A DNA stretch of 64,000 bases from positions 2,707 through 66,706 of the forward strand of contig JALSSW010000051.1 in assembly GCA_026984035.1 (NCBI GenBank), written 5' to 3'. Positions within the stretch are counted from its first letter, which is position 1. Each line of letters starts with the position of its first letter. This document shows, piece after piece, positions 29,486 to 39,394 of this stretch. Origin of the DNA: Planctomycetota bacterium. Lineage in GTDB: Bacteria; Planctomycetota; UBA1135; GCA-002748355. Made by a program: the position numbers and the translations under genes. Under the pieces are notes generated by a model that made no database searches, had not been told where the DNA came from, and was given only the letters and a program-made list of their open reading frames with translations.

Positions 29486-30785
29486 TACCGGGGCGAGCCA
29501 CCGGTTTCGGTTTGAAAGGCCCCCATTCATAAGTTTCCGGTCCCAACCGCTCCTTTGAATTCCAAGCATCATCCCACGAAATCACCTTGCCGGTATAAGC
29601 AGCCATCCGGCCCATGATGGCCATGAGGGTGCTCTTTACCATGTAATCTCCATTATTGATGGGATCTCCCTTCCGAATACTCGCAAACAGGGCGTCATGT
29701 TCCGCCTGGTACATAGAGTTGTGTTTACCTTTAAACTTCCATGGATGCTTGCCCACAATCTGGTGCTGAAAAATATGGCAAATACCCTCAGTTCCATAAA
29801 CATGGTCTGAGACGTCATTCGCCGCCCCGTTCCATTGGCGGCAGGAAGCGAAGCCTTTTACTCCATTTTTAAACTCATAAACCGTATTGAAGTGGTCATA
29901 CACATTTCCATATTTCGGGTCCGTCCTGACCTGCCTTCCTCCACTCGCAGTAACCCTGACCGGATACTCGTCTTTCATGGCCCAAGCGATCTTGTCCAGA
30001 CTGTGAATATGCTGCTCAGCAATATGATCTCCGGATAGCCAAGTATAATAAATCCAATTGCGGACCATATTCTCCATCTCGGACCATTCTTTTTTGAAGC
30101 CCCGGTGCCAAAGCCCGCTCGTGTTATAAGTAGCCTGAATGGTTCGGATCTCTCCGATAGCACCCTCATGGATCTTGTCAAAAGTCGCCCGCATCCCATT
30201 GTGGTAGCGCCAACAAAGCCCCGAAACGAGTGAGAGTCCTTTTTCCTTTGCCTTCCGACAGGACTCAAAGACAGAGCGAACCCCTGGAGCATCCACAGCA
30301 ACAGGCTTTTCACAGAAAATATGTTTTCCCGCAGCAACGGCCGCCGCCAAATGCTCAGGTCTAAAATGAGGAGGAGATGTAAGAATGACCACATCCACCA
30401 GCTCCAAAACCTTTTTATAGCCATCAAAACCAGTGAAGCGGTGTTCTTTTGGGACTTGAATGCGATCCTTGACATTCGTTTGAAGAAGGTATTTGAGGCT
30501 TCGTTCCAAGCGATCTGAAAAAGCATCTGCCATCGCGACCAACTTCGTTCCTTTGTCCGCCCTCAAGGCTTGAACCGAAGCCCCACTCCCCCTTCCACCA
30601 CAGCCAATCAACCCAACTTTGAGTTCTTCCGATCCGTCCGAAAAGCTCTTAGCCGCCAAGAGAGAGGAAGGAAGGAGGCTCCCCGAAGCCAACACCCCAA
30701 GAGACCCTCGGAGAAAACTTCGACGCCCAAACCCTGGGGTTTGCTCAGAATGAGAATCCATATTCGAGGGAGCAGAGTGGTTCAT
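29469..30785 (-). CDS. Tat-exported Gfo/Idh/MocA NAD(P)-dependent oxidoreductase
   Basis: GRRSFL; GLIGCGGRG; CEKP; EQHIHSLD. Start placed at MNHSAP (30785). Confidence 0.92.
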   Translation of the reverse strand: MNHSAPSNMDSHSEQTPGFGRRSFLRGSLGVLASGSLLPSSLLAAKSFSDGSEELKVGLIGCGGRGSGASVQALRADKGTKLVAMADAFSDRLERSLKYLLQTNVKDRIQVPKEHRFTGFDGYKKVLELVDVVILTSPPHFRPEHLAAAVAAGKHIFCEKPVAVDAPGVRSVFESCRKAKEKGLSLVSGLCWRYHNGMRATFDKIHEGAIGEIRTIQATYNTSGLWHRGFKKEWSEMENMVRNWIYYTWLSGDHIAEQHIHSLDKIAWAMKDEYPVRVTASGGRQVRTDPKYGNVYDHFNTVYEFKNGVKGFASCRQWNGAANDVSDHVYGTEGICHIFQHQIVGKHPWKFKGKHNSMYQAEHDALFASIRKGDPINNGDYMVKSTLMAIMGRMAAYTGKVISWDDAWNSKERLGPETYEWGPFKPKPVARPGITRFF

Positions 30786-30880
30786 GATTCTTTCTCCAAA
30801 CAGTTTAAAGCGGCATGATAAAGACGAACGAGGCGAAGCCTCTCCTCGAGAAATCATAACATCACCCCCTGGAGGAATAG

Positions 30881-31795
30881 ATGGAAACCCCCTTGACTCG
30901 CAGAGAACTTCTCCAAAAGTTCAGCGGCTTTGCCGTATTTCCCCTTGCTTCCACTCTCCCCTTTCGAAATCGGATTCAACAGAAAGACAAAACCCAAGCT
31001 CCCCATTCAAAGAGTGGTCCTCGTTATAAGGCCTGCAAACTTTCCATGGTTCAAGAAGGAAAAACTCTCGAAGACAAGTTCCGCCTCCTCCGGGACATTG
31101 GTTTTGATGCAACCGAATTGGACAGCCCCAACCCATACTCCACTTCGGAAGTCCTCGCAGCTAAAAAAGCTTCAGGGTTACGAATCCATGGGACGATCGA
31201 CTCTGTTCATTGGCGTCATACCCTCTCCGATCCAGACCCGAAGGTCCGGGCCAAGGGGCTCCAAGCACTCCGAACAGGATTGCAAGACGCCCATGATTAT
31301 GGAGCCACAACCTGCCTCTTGGTTCCGGGGATCGTTCGTAAAAACATCCCCTATGACCTGGTCTATAAGCGCTCCCAGAAGGAAATCCGTAAAGCCCTTC
31401 CCCTCGCCGAAAAACTCGGCGTAAAAATCGCCATTGAAAATGTTTGGAACGGCTTCCTCCAAAGCCCTTTGGAGTTCAGAAACTATCTTGATGAGTTTCG
31501 AAGCCCTTGGATCGGGGCTTATCTCGACATCGGAAATATGCGCAAATTCGGATGGCCAACCCACTGGATCCGGATCCTTGGGAAACGCATTGTAAAAGTG
31601 GACATCAAGGGTTGGAGCTTCAAGAAAGGTTTTGGGGTGGAGATCCTTCAAGGAGACATCGACTGGAAAGCCTGCATGCGCGAACTTGCAAAAGTTGGCT
31701 ATCAAGACGTGATCACGGCGGAGGTCCAGGGAGGAAACAGGGAGCGTCTCACCAAAATCGCAAAGGATCTCGATCACATTCTCGCCTTTTCTTAA
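30881..31795 (+). CDS. Tat-exported sugar-phosphate isomerase/epimerase (xylose-isomerase-like TIM barrel)
   Basis: TRRELL; IAIENVWN; YLDIGN; DIK; TAEV. Confidence 0.9.
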   Translation: METPLTRRELLQKFSGFAVFPLASTLPFRNRIQQKDKTQAPHSKSGPRYKACKLSMVQEGKTLEDKFRLLRDIGFDATELDSPNPYSTSEVLAAKKASGLRIHGTIDSVHWRHTLSDPDPKVRAKGLQALRTGLQDAHDYGATTCLLVPGIVRKNIPYDLVYKRSQKEIRKALPLAEKLGVKIAIENVWNGFLQSPLEFRNYLDEFRSPWIGAYLDIGNMRKFGWPTHWIRILGKRIVKVDIKGWSFKKGFGVEILQGDIDWKACMRELAKVGYQDVITAEVQGGNRERLTKIAKDLDHILAFS

Positions 31796-31954
31796 ACCGA
31801 TGGCATCACAAGCCCGTTCTTACGTAGGAAAACTTGGATCAAAAACCAAGGATCTCTCGATCCTAATCCAATAAAAAAGTTTGAATCACCATCCTAGAGA
31901 AGAATTGAAAGGAACTCTTACGAAGAACGAGGGCTCTCTCAAGGCAGAGATGAG

Positions 31955-32932
31955 CTATTTTCTGATTTTTTGAGGATGGGGATAAGGACGGATAACCCGA
32001 AACCCTACAAAAGGTGCATCCGTGTGATACCACTCACTCTGGGGGATCTGGGGGTCTTGAATTTTCCAATCAGGATCTGACCCTCGGCGGGCTGCGGATC
32101 GGAGAAGTAGAGGTCCATCCGCCCAGGACCCTCCCCGGACAACCCGAGGATAAAGAGTTTTGGGAGCGACAAAGGGATTGACCAAAATCTCGCCTTTTTT
32201 CGTTTTGGGATATCCTTTGGGGAGATATTGGTCGAGACACCATTCGGCCACATTCCCATGCATGTCATACAAGCCCCAAGGGTTGGGCTTCTTCAATCCA
32301 CCCTTGTGATAGGCTTCCTTGCTGTTTCCTTCAAACCATGCATAGTCTCCAAGCTTTTTGGGATCTGAGCCAAAGCTCCAAACACTCTGGGTTCCGGCTC
32401 TGCAAGCATATTCCCATTCGGCTTCAGTAGGCAAACGATAGGTTTTCCCTGTTTTCGCACTCAACCATTGACAAAAGGTCTTCGCAGCCTTTTGGGTCAT
32501 ACAAACTGCCGGAAAACCCTTCTTTCCCATCCCAAAACTCATATCGACATAGGGTTTGCTGGGCCGAGTCACGGCATCCGCCTTTTGATTCGCTCTAGTT
32601 TTACCCGTCCCCTTTTCTCGGTTCTGTCGATCCAAATCGAGGGACCATTGCTCGTACAGATCCCAGGTGATCTCCAACTTTGCCATCCAGAAAGGAGAGA
32701 TTCTTACTTTGTGCAGCGGCATTTCATCGGGTTGATGGCCTTTCTCTTTTTTGGAACTCCCCATAAAAAACGTCCCTCCCGGGATGGGAACCATGTCGAA
32801 GGACAAGCGAGTTCCGGGTATCTCTTGTCGGTATGGTTGAAAGTTTTTCACCACAACCGTTTTCGAAGGTTTAGATTCCTGAGGGGCCACAACAACCCCC
32901 AAAAGGCAACAAAGGACTTTCCATCTGATCAT
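31955..32932 (-). CDS. Formylglycine-generating-enzyme (FGE-sulfatase) fold protein lacking catalytic Cys
   Basis: GGTFFMGS, RLPTEAEWEYACRAG, PNPWGLYDMHGNVAEW, RGGSW, VGFR. Confidence 0.9.
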   Translation of the reverse strand: MIRWKVLCCLLGVVVAPQESKPSKTVVVKNFQPYRQEIPGTRLSFDMVPIPGGTFFMGSSKKEKGHQPDEMPLHKVRISPFWMAKLEITWDLYEQWSLDLDRQNREKGTGKTRANQKADAVTRPSKPYVDMSFGMGKKGFPAVCMTQKAAKTFCQWLSAKTGKTYRLPTEAEWEYACRAGTQSVWSFGSDPKKLGDYAWFEGNSKEAYHKGGLKKPNPWGLYDMHGNVAEWCLDQYLPKGYPKTKKGEILVNPFVAPKTLYPRVVRGGSWADGPLLLRSAARRGSDPDWKIQDPQIPQSEWYHTDAPFVGFRVIRPYPHPQKIRK

Positions 32933-34049
32933 GATCCACCCCAAAAGCGATCTCGCAAAAACGGCTCTTTTGATCCTTTCCTTCTCCTGCATTTACCCAG
33001 GAGAAGCCCCCCCCAAACCCCAGCCTAAACGATATGAGTTTGCCCAAAAATCCATGGGGATGGAATTCCGGATCGTTCTTTTTTCCCTGGACTCCAAAAA
33101 AGCGCGCGTAGCCGCAAGGCGTGCTTTCCAAAGAATTGCCGTGATCGACCATGCTCTCAGTAACTATCGAGTCGATTCCGAGCTCATGAGGCTCTGCAGA
33201 CTTGCCGAACCCGGACTTCCCCTTCCCGTGAGCAACGATCTTTTTCAAATCCTAGCGATCTCGAAAAAAATGCATCGGTTGAGTGGAGGGGCTTTTGAAA
33301 TCAGCATCGGCCCTCTCAGCGGGCTTTGGAAGCGTAGCCGCAGAAGTCACAGACTTCCCACAGAAAAGGCCCTTGCTGAAGCTAAGGCCCGAGTGGGATC
33401 CGAATGGATCCGACTCGACCATGCCCGGCACACCGTTGAGTTCCTAAAAAAAGGGATTCTGCTCGACCCCGGTGGAATCGCCAAAGGCTATGCAGTAGAC
33501 CAAGCTCTTCTCGTCCTTCGGGAAAACGGAATCGATTCCGCCCTAGTGGACGGGAGCGGAGACATTGCAGCCTCCGCCCCTCCACCAGGAGCTCCGGGAT
33601 GGAAGATCGGCATCTCAGCTAGAGAAAAAACCATCAGCAAGAGGATCTACCTCGCTCAAGGAGCCGTAGCAACCTCCGGGGATAGATTTGGTCACGTAAT
33701 CATTGGTGGAAAATCTTATTCCCATATCGTTAACCCAAAGACAGGCTTGGGCCTCGTAGACTCCAAAGCGGTCACGGTGTTCCATCGGAATTGCACCTAC
33801 GCAGACGCTCTGGCAACAAGCTTGAGTGTCTTATCAGTGGACCAAGGAAAAGCCCTCATTGGAAGGCTGGAGCATACCGGCGCCATTTGGGACCTTGGCC
33901 GCAAAGGAAAGATTCAAACCCCCATTCCTTTAAGCATCCTTCCCTACATTATGGAGGAACCCAAGGAGCACCTGACAACGAAACAACAAACCACGAATCC
34001 TCAAAAAGATCCGATTTTTAAGAAGAATCCTACTGGAGAAAAAAAATGA
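32931..34049 (+). CDS. apbE: FAD:protein FMN transferase (ApbE family)
   Basis: MG, SEL, GAFEISIGPL, LDPGGIAKGYAVD, ATSGD, SHIVNPKTG, ADALAT. Confidence 0.93.
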   Translation: MIHPKSDLAKTALLILSFSCIYPGEAPPKPQPKRYEFAQKSMGMEFRIVLFSLDSKKARVAARRAFQRIAVIDHALSNYRVDSELMRLCRLAEPGLPLPVSNDLFQILAISKKMHRLSGGAFEISIGPLSGLWKRSRRSHRLPTEKALAEAKARVGSEWIRLDHARHTVEFLKKGILLDPGGIAKGYAVDQALLVLRENGIDSALVDGSGDIAASAPPPGAPGWKIGISAREKTISKRIYLAQGAVATSGDRFGHVIIGGKSYSHIVNPKTGLGLVDSKAVTVFHRNCTYADALATSLSVLSVDQGKALIGRLEHTGAIWDLGRKGKIQTPIPLSILPYIMEEPKEHLTTKQQTTNPQKDPIFKKNPTGEKK

Positions 34050-35083
34050 AGTCACAGTCATTCGGGATTGGGATCATCGGGACAGGTTGGGTCGCCGGGG
34101 CCCACATCGAAAACTTTAAAAAGATCGAAGGCTGCGAAATCAAAGGGATCCTCTCTCGCTCCCAAAAACGGGCAGCCCAGAAAATCATCGAGCATGAGCT
34201 TACAGGGGCCGTCCCTTATGGAAACCAGAAGGCCTTTCTCGAAGATCCAAAGATCGACATTGTGGTCATTTGCACCCCTCACCCAATGCACCCCAAGGAA
34301 TGCATAGCCGCAGCAAAGGCAGGGAAACACATCGTGATCGAAAAACCTGTCGCCCTTTGCCGTCAGGAGCTTTACGAAATGTTAGAAGAGGTCGAAAAAG
34401 CCCAAGTCCAGACTTCGGTTTGCTTTGAACTCCGCTGGATCGGTCTCTTCAAAAACATCAAAGCCATTCTTTCCCAAGGCTTGATCGGTGAGGTTTTTTA
34501 TGGGGAAACCGCCTATTTCCACGGCATCGGCCCCTGGTACCCGCAATACCCTTGGAATCGGACCAAAAAAATGGGCGGTGATGCTTTTTTAACAGCAGGC
34601 TGTCATGCCCTGGACGGGCTTTTATGGTTCATGGACAAAAGAGTCGTCCGCGTCATGGCAATGGCAAACACCAGCCCTAACAATCCTTTAAACTACGAGT
34701 ATGAACCCAACGTTTCGGTTCTTCTCGAGTTTGAAAATGGAGCCATCGGGAAGGTCTCCACCAGCATCGAATGCAGGCAACCTTATACCTTTCCAGTACT
34801 CCTCCAAGGTGAACGAGGAAGTATCATGGGTGACAAGGTCTCGAGCCTCGATTGGCCGGGGCTCAAAGCCGGAACATGGGCCACCCTTCCCACCGCCATG
34901 CCAGATTCCGGGGATGTCTCCGATCACCCCTACATGGATCAACTTCAATACTTTGTAAACTGTATCCGCAGCGGTAATCGCCCCCACAATGACCTTCGAG
35001 CTTGCAGCCACGTGCACGAAGTCATGTTTGCCATTCAAGACTCTCTTGCCCAAAAAAGCTCGATTGAGATCCCATCATCCTAG
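34046..35083 (+). CDS. Cytoplasmic Gfo/Idh/MocA oxidoreductase
   Basis: GIIGTG, IEKP, GCHALD; ATGA-coupled to apbE. Confidence 0.9.
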   Translation: MKSQSFGIGIIGTGWVAGAHIENFKKIEGCEIKGILSRSQKRAAQKIIEHELTGAVPYGNQKAFLEDPKIDIVVICTPHPMHPKECIAAAKAGKHIVIEKPVALCRQELYEMLEEVEKAQVQTSVCFELRWIGLFKNIKAILSQGLIGEVFYGETAYFHGIGPWYPQYPWNRTKKMGGDAFLTAGCHALDGLLWFMDKRVVRVMAMANTSPNNPLNYEYEPNVSVLLEFENGAIGKVSTSIECRQPYTFPVLLQGERGSIMGDKVSSLDWPGLKAGTWATLPTAMPDSGDVSDHPYMDQLQYFVNCIRSGNRPHNDLRACSHVHEVMFAIQDSLAQKSSIEIPSS

Positions 35084-35096
35084 GATAGCGGGGGTC

Positions 35097-36185
35097 TTAT
35101 CCCCCACGGAGTTTTTTAACCAATTCTCCCGCCCGAACGGCCGCCTTGGAAAGGAGGCTGCCTCCCCATTCGAAGGTCCCGGGATACACGATCTCTTGGC
35201 CTCTAAACCCCTTTTTGAAACGATATCCCCCCGGATCCTTCTCAGGATCGATCCCACAAAGGTCATAATAGCGAAGGCCACGCACCTTACATTCTTCGAT
35301 CGCCTTCCAATGCAAAAGCCGCGATCCATTATGGTTGGGAAACTCCTTCAAAATTCGAGTCGCCCCCAGGAGATAAATCCCCATGTCCCCCATCGCCGAA
35401 AGGACAAGCCCACCAATATCGGTTCCCTCAAAGGTGGCCAAGAAAACTCGCATTCGATCCTTCCCTCGAAGGAATTCTTGTGCCCGTGCAAAGGTCGAAA
35501 CACGAAGGTTGGAGTGAAATGCTTTCCTGGCTACCATCTCGTCATATAGGGCCTCAAATCGTTCGAAGTAAGAGGAATCCTCACCCACTTCGACCTGGAT
35601 CCCTTGCTTCAGGGCCTTATTGATCATGGTTCGGGATCGAGAGCGGAACCCCCCTTTGATGACATCCAAATCAGGCCGGAGGTCCACAAGGATTGTCCGG
35701 TAAGGCCTCGTTTCCAAGGGTCGAAACCCCAAATCCTTCAGAATTTTCCCCACACCGGGATAAAGATCTTCGGGAAGATGCGACACAAGCCTAAGCAGAA
35801 GGCCTTGAGGCCGAATCCATCCTTCAATTAGCCCTCGAAGAGCCGCTTGATACCGAAGCAAAGTCTCTTCTGGGGAATCCTCTGAAGAATTGCGAACTAC
35901 GGGGCCAAAATAACTATGGGCAAGCCCGGCTTTGAGACCGGGCAGGGTTTTCTGGCGCAACTGAACCAGGCCCAGGCACTGGCCTCCATCTTCAATTCTC
36001 AGGCGAACAGCTTGGGTCTCAGAACCTCGCCCTTCTCCATATCCCCAAGTCTGGTAGACACTGGCATCCAGGAAGGAAGACAATTGTTCATCCCACTCCC
36101 TAGAATGTTCACTGATGATGATCTCTGGCAAAGGAACCCTCTTCGTTCTGGGATGCCATAAAAACCGGTCCGAGGAAACCGACAC
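35097..36185 (-). CDS. FemAB-like/GNAT family acyl- or aminoacyl-transferase
   Basis: YQTWGY, TILVDL, LLHWKAI, YDLCG, FKKGF. Confidence 0.8.
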   Translation of the reverse strand: MSVSSDRFLWHPRTKRVPLPEIIISEHSREWDEQLSSFLDASVYQTWGYGEGRGSETQAVRLRIEDGGQCLGLVQLRQKTLPGLKAGLAHSYFGPVVRNSSEDSPEETLLRYQAALRGLIEGWIRPQGLLLRLVSHLPEDLYPGVGKILKDLGFRPLETRPYRTILVDLRPDLDVIKGGFRSRSRTMINKALKQGIQVEVGEDSSYFERFEALYDEMVARKAFHSNLRVSTFARAQEFLRGKDRMRVFLATFEGTDIGGLVLSAMGDMGIYLLGATRILKEFPNHNGSRLLHWKAIEECKVRGLRYYDLCGIDPEKDPGGYRFKKGFRGQEIVYPGTFEWGGSLLSKAAVRAGELVKKLRGG

Positions 36186-36713
36186 CTAAAAGATAGCGGC
36201 CCCCCCTAACTCATCTTTCGAAAAGACACAGCTCCCCCTCAAGAGATTTCACCACCCTCAAAAAACCATGGTCTCCGACCCGCTTAAGAAAGAGATTTTA
36301 TGCGAGAAAACCACGCTTTTCTTTATATTCTTCTTCTGTTTTCAGCGGTCCAGTCACAAGGAGGCTTTGGCCCCCCTGAACCCTATTTTTTTTCATGAGA
36401 TGGTACAAAGAAAATGCAAAGTCCTAGAAGGCCCCTATTTGAAGGGTCTGAAGAAAAGAATTGGCTCAAAGAAGTTTTTTCCAAGATGCAATCCCCTCCT
36501 TGAAGTCCTTGCGACCTGGAAAATGCCCAAGGATTCAAACCATTTCAGTCTTGGTAAAAAAAAATTTCAGGTGACGCTGAAGCATGAAAACTGAAGGTGA
36601 TTGATGATCCCTGAAGGTTTTAACTCCACCAGCTCTTACAACCGATGATAAGGTCAAGTCTCCCCTCACCCACCACGGGTTAGGTCCCATGTGGATGCTG
36701 GGGTTTCAAAATT

Positions 36714-37397
36714 ATGAAACAGAAAAACCCGAAGATCGACATTGTCCTCGTGTTTCATGGCATCGGAACACCCCCAGCCGACTGCCCGAAGGAAGATCTT
36801 CCCTTTTGGGTCAAGAGGGAGAAGTTTCTTCAAACCCTCGATATTGCGAAAGAACGGGGGGACACCTTGATTACTTTTGATGATGGGATTGACTCGGATT
36901 TTCATATCGCCCTACCAGCCCTCCTTGAGAGGAAGCTCCCTGGAATTTTCTTCCCCTTAACAGGAATGCTGGGAAAACCTGGGTTCCTCACAAGGGACCA
37001 GCTTCGTATTCTCTCCGAAGAAGGAATGGAGATCGGCAGTCATGGACACAACCATCTAGACTGGGCCAAGGTTGACCAAGCGACTCGAGAAAAGGATATA
37101 AAAGAATCCTTCGAAATTTTAGAAAGCATTCAAGGGTCCTCCTGTCGCCAAGCAGCCTTCCCCTTCGGATCCTTCGATCGCCGTGTCCTTGCCTCCTTAA
37201 AAAAATTAGGCGTCCAGAAGGCTTATTCTTGCAGCCGAGGAAAAACCAATCTGAACAACTTTCTCATCCATCGAACTTCCATTCGGGAGGTCACGGATTT
37301 GAACTGGATGTTCCAACGTCTGGATGAAGAAAAGGGCCTCACTAGAATCAAACGCGGAGTCAAAAGGTTCCTTCGAGCTCATTTCCCCCCGTTTTAA
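36714..37397 (+). CDS. Polysaccharide deacetylase (CE4/NodB-like)
   Basis: TFDDG, GSHGHNH, FPFG motifs. Confidence 0.88.
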   Translation: MKQKNPKIDIVLVFHGIGTPPADCPKEDLPFWVKREKFLQTLDIAKERGDTLITFDDGIDSDFHIALPALLERKLPGIFFPLTGMLGKPGFLTRDQLRILSEEGMEIGSHGHNHLDWAKVDQATREKDIKESFEILESIQGSSCRQAAFPFGSFDRRVLASLKKLGVQKAYSCSRGKTNLNNFLIHRTSIREVTDLNWMFQRLDEEKGLTRIKRGVKRFLRAHFPPF

Positions 37398-37744
37398 CTC
37401 TCTTGAATTTTGAATTCGCTTAAGTTCGTCCAGAGGATTGGGGACCAGGGGGATCATGGCATCTCAAACGGCTATGTTTCAAGAGGGAGGTCTCTAAGAG
37501 GGAATCTTGCCACTGGGACCCACTCATAAGGAAAAAGAGGAGTCCCAAAAACCTCGAACAAACAATCTTGGGCCCACAGGATTTTTCAAAGGGCAAAGAA
37601 TCGGTAGAAAAAACGATTCACTCCCCGAGACTCCTGTTCGGATCCGGGTCGCACCCAAGCGACATTCCACCACAGGAGTTGACGCTCGGAAAAGAGTGAT
37701 TCACCGTTAGGATCCATCTTCGACCCCGCTTTTGGAGGAGTAAA

Positions 37745-39130
37745 ATGGAAACGATTATCGAGCCATTTCGGATTCGGACTGTCGAAGCTTTGCATATATC
37801 GACGGAAAAGGAAAGAAAAGAGGCCTTAGAACGCGCCCACTTCAATCTTTTCTCCCTGCATGCAAAAGAAGTTTTGATCGACCTTCTCACAGATTCGGGT
37901 ACAGGGGCCATGAGCACCAGACAATGGGCGGCTCTGATGATGGGAGATGAAAGCTATGCAGGGAGTGAATCGTTCTACGATTTAGAAAAAACCGTCCAAA
38001 AGCTTACTGGTTATAAGCATGTTATCCCGGTGCACCAAGGAAGAGCCGCTGAGCGTATCCTGTTTCAAACTCTTTGCGCTGAAGGAAAAAAAATACCCAA
38101 CAACACCCACTTTGACACAACGCGTGCGAACATTGAGTTTACTGGGGCCGAAGCGATCGACCTCCCTGTCGAGGGAGCACTGGATCCGGGAAAGGAAGAG
38201 CCCTTTAAAGGAAACATGGATCTTGAAAAGTTGGACGGTTTCTTAGAAGAAACCCCTGCCGCAGACATCCCCTTGGGCCTTCTCACAATCACCAACAATA
38301 CAACCGGGGGCCAACCTGTTTCGATGGAAAACATCAGGGAAGTTGCAAAAAGGTACAAGGCGAAAGGGATTCCCTTTTTTCTCGATGCAGCTCGTTTCGC
38401 CGAAAACGCCTTTTTTATTAAAAAGCGGGAACCTGGCTACAAAGAGATCCCTCTCGATGAGATAGCCCATGAAATGTTCAGTTATGCGGACGGATGTCTC
38501 ATTTCTGCGAAAAAAGATGGACTCGTCAACATCGGAGGTCTCCTTGTCCTCAACAACGACGATCTTGCGTCCAGAGCAAAAAACCTCCTGATCCTCACCG
38601 AAGGTTTCCCCACTTATGGGGGTCTCGCTGGAAGAGATATGGCAGCACTTGCCCAAGGCCTTCGTGAAGTCCTTGATGAAGACTACCTCGAATACCGCCT
38701 CGCGAGCGCACAATATCTGGGACGCGCCTTAACCTTTCTCGGCATCCCCATTGTGAAACCCTGCGGAATCCATGCAATCTATGTGGATGCTCGAGCCTGG
38801 CTCCCCCAAATCCCCCCCGAAGAACTCCCCGGGCAAGCTCTCTGCTGCGAGCTTTACCTAAGGGGAGGGATCCGGGCAGTCGAAATCGGAACTCTCATGT
38901 TTGGAGGGACCGACCAAAAAACCGGAAAACCCACTCCCGCAGCCCTTGACCTGGTCCGCCTTACTCTTCCCCGCCGTGTGTACACCCAAAGCCATTTTGA
39001 CTGGGTGATTGAGGTCTTTTCCGGAATCGCCCGAACTCGGAAAGAGCTGAAGGGATACAAGATTCTCGAAGAAGCCCCCTTCCTCCGAGCCTTTACTGCC
39101 AAACTGGCTCCCCTCCAATCTTCTGATTGA
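37745..39130 (+). CDS. tnaA: Tryptophanase (beta-eliminating lyase family)
   Basis: DLLTDSGT, GDESY, HQGR, HFDTT, SAKKD (PLP Lys), TYGG, IRAVEIG, PRRVYT. Asp and Ile at these sites favour tryptophanase over tyrosine phenol-lyase. GGAGG RBS. Confidence 0.85.
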   Translation: METIIEPFRIRTVEALHISTEKERKEALERAHFNLFSLHAKEVLIDLLTDSGTGAMSTRQWAALMMGDESYAGSESFYDLEKTVQKLTGYKHVIPVHQGRAAERILFQTLCAEGKKIPNNTHFDTTRANIEFTGAEAIDLPVEGALDPGKEEPFKGNMDLEKLDGFLEETPAADIPLGLLTITNNTTGGQPVSMENIREVAKRYKAKGIPFFLDAARFAENAFFIKKREPGYKEIPLDEIAHEMFSYADGCLISAKKDGLVNIGGLLVLNNDDLASRAKNLLILTEGFPTYGGLAGRDMAALAQGLREVLDEDYLEYRLASAQYLGRALTFLGIPIVKPCGIHAIYVDARAWLPQIPPEELPGQALCCELYLRGGIRAVEIGTLMFGGTDQKTGKPTPAALDLVRLTLPRRVYTQSHFDWVIEVFSGIARTRKELKGYKILEEAPFLRAFTAKLAPLQSSD

Positions 39131-39360
39131 CCACCTTCCGGCGGACTCTGGATTTCGTATCTCCCCCTAGAGGGATGGATTCCCAAGATGGTGGTCAATA
39201 AATGCAAAGTCCTAAAAAAACTCTCCAGCAAGGCAAGAAGGGTGAGGTTTCGTTCCTCAAGGGCTTTTCCAAGATGCCATCAATACCCTGAGACCCTTGG
39301 AGCTTGGAAAAAAACGAAAGATGGCAGAACTTTTCCTTTATGATAAATCTTCTCAAAGGC

Positions 39361-39388
39361 TTGCAAACCAAGTTCTCAAAGGTAATTT
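39361..39388 (+). promoter_or_regulatory. Candidate sigma70-type promoter
   Basis: TTGCAA (39361-66), 16 nt spacer, TAATTT (39383-88); about 85 nt upstream of a strong terminator. Confidence 0.4.
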
Positions 39389-39394
39389 CTGTTC

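Noticed and set aside
36268-36594. 108-aa ORF in the AT-rich divergent intergenic region
   Set aside because: No recognisable motif or RBS; the region more likely holds promoters.
37400-37744. tnaC-type leader peptide before tryptophanase
   Set aside because: The short ATG ORF here (MASQTAMFQEGGL) has no Trp and no Pro-stop signature.
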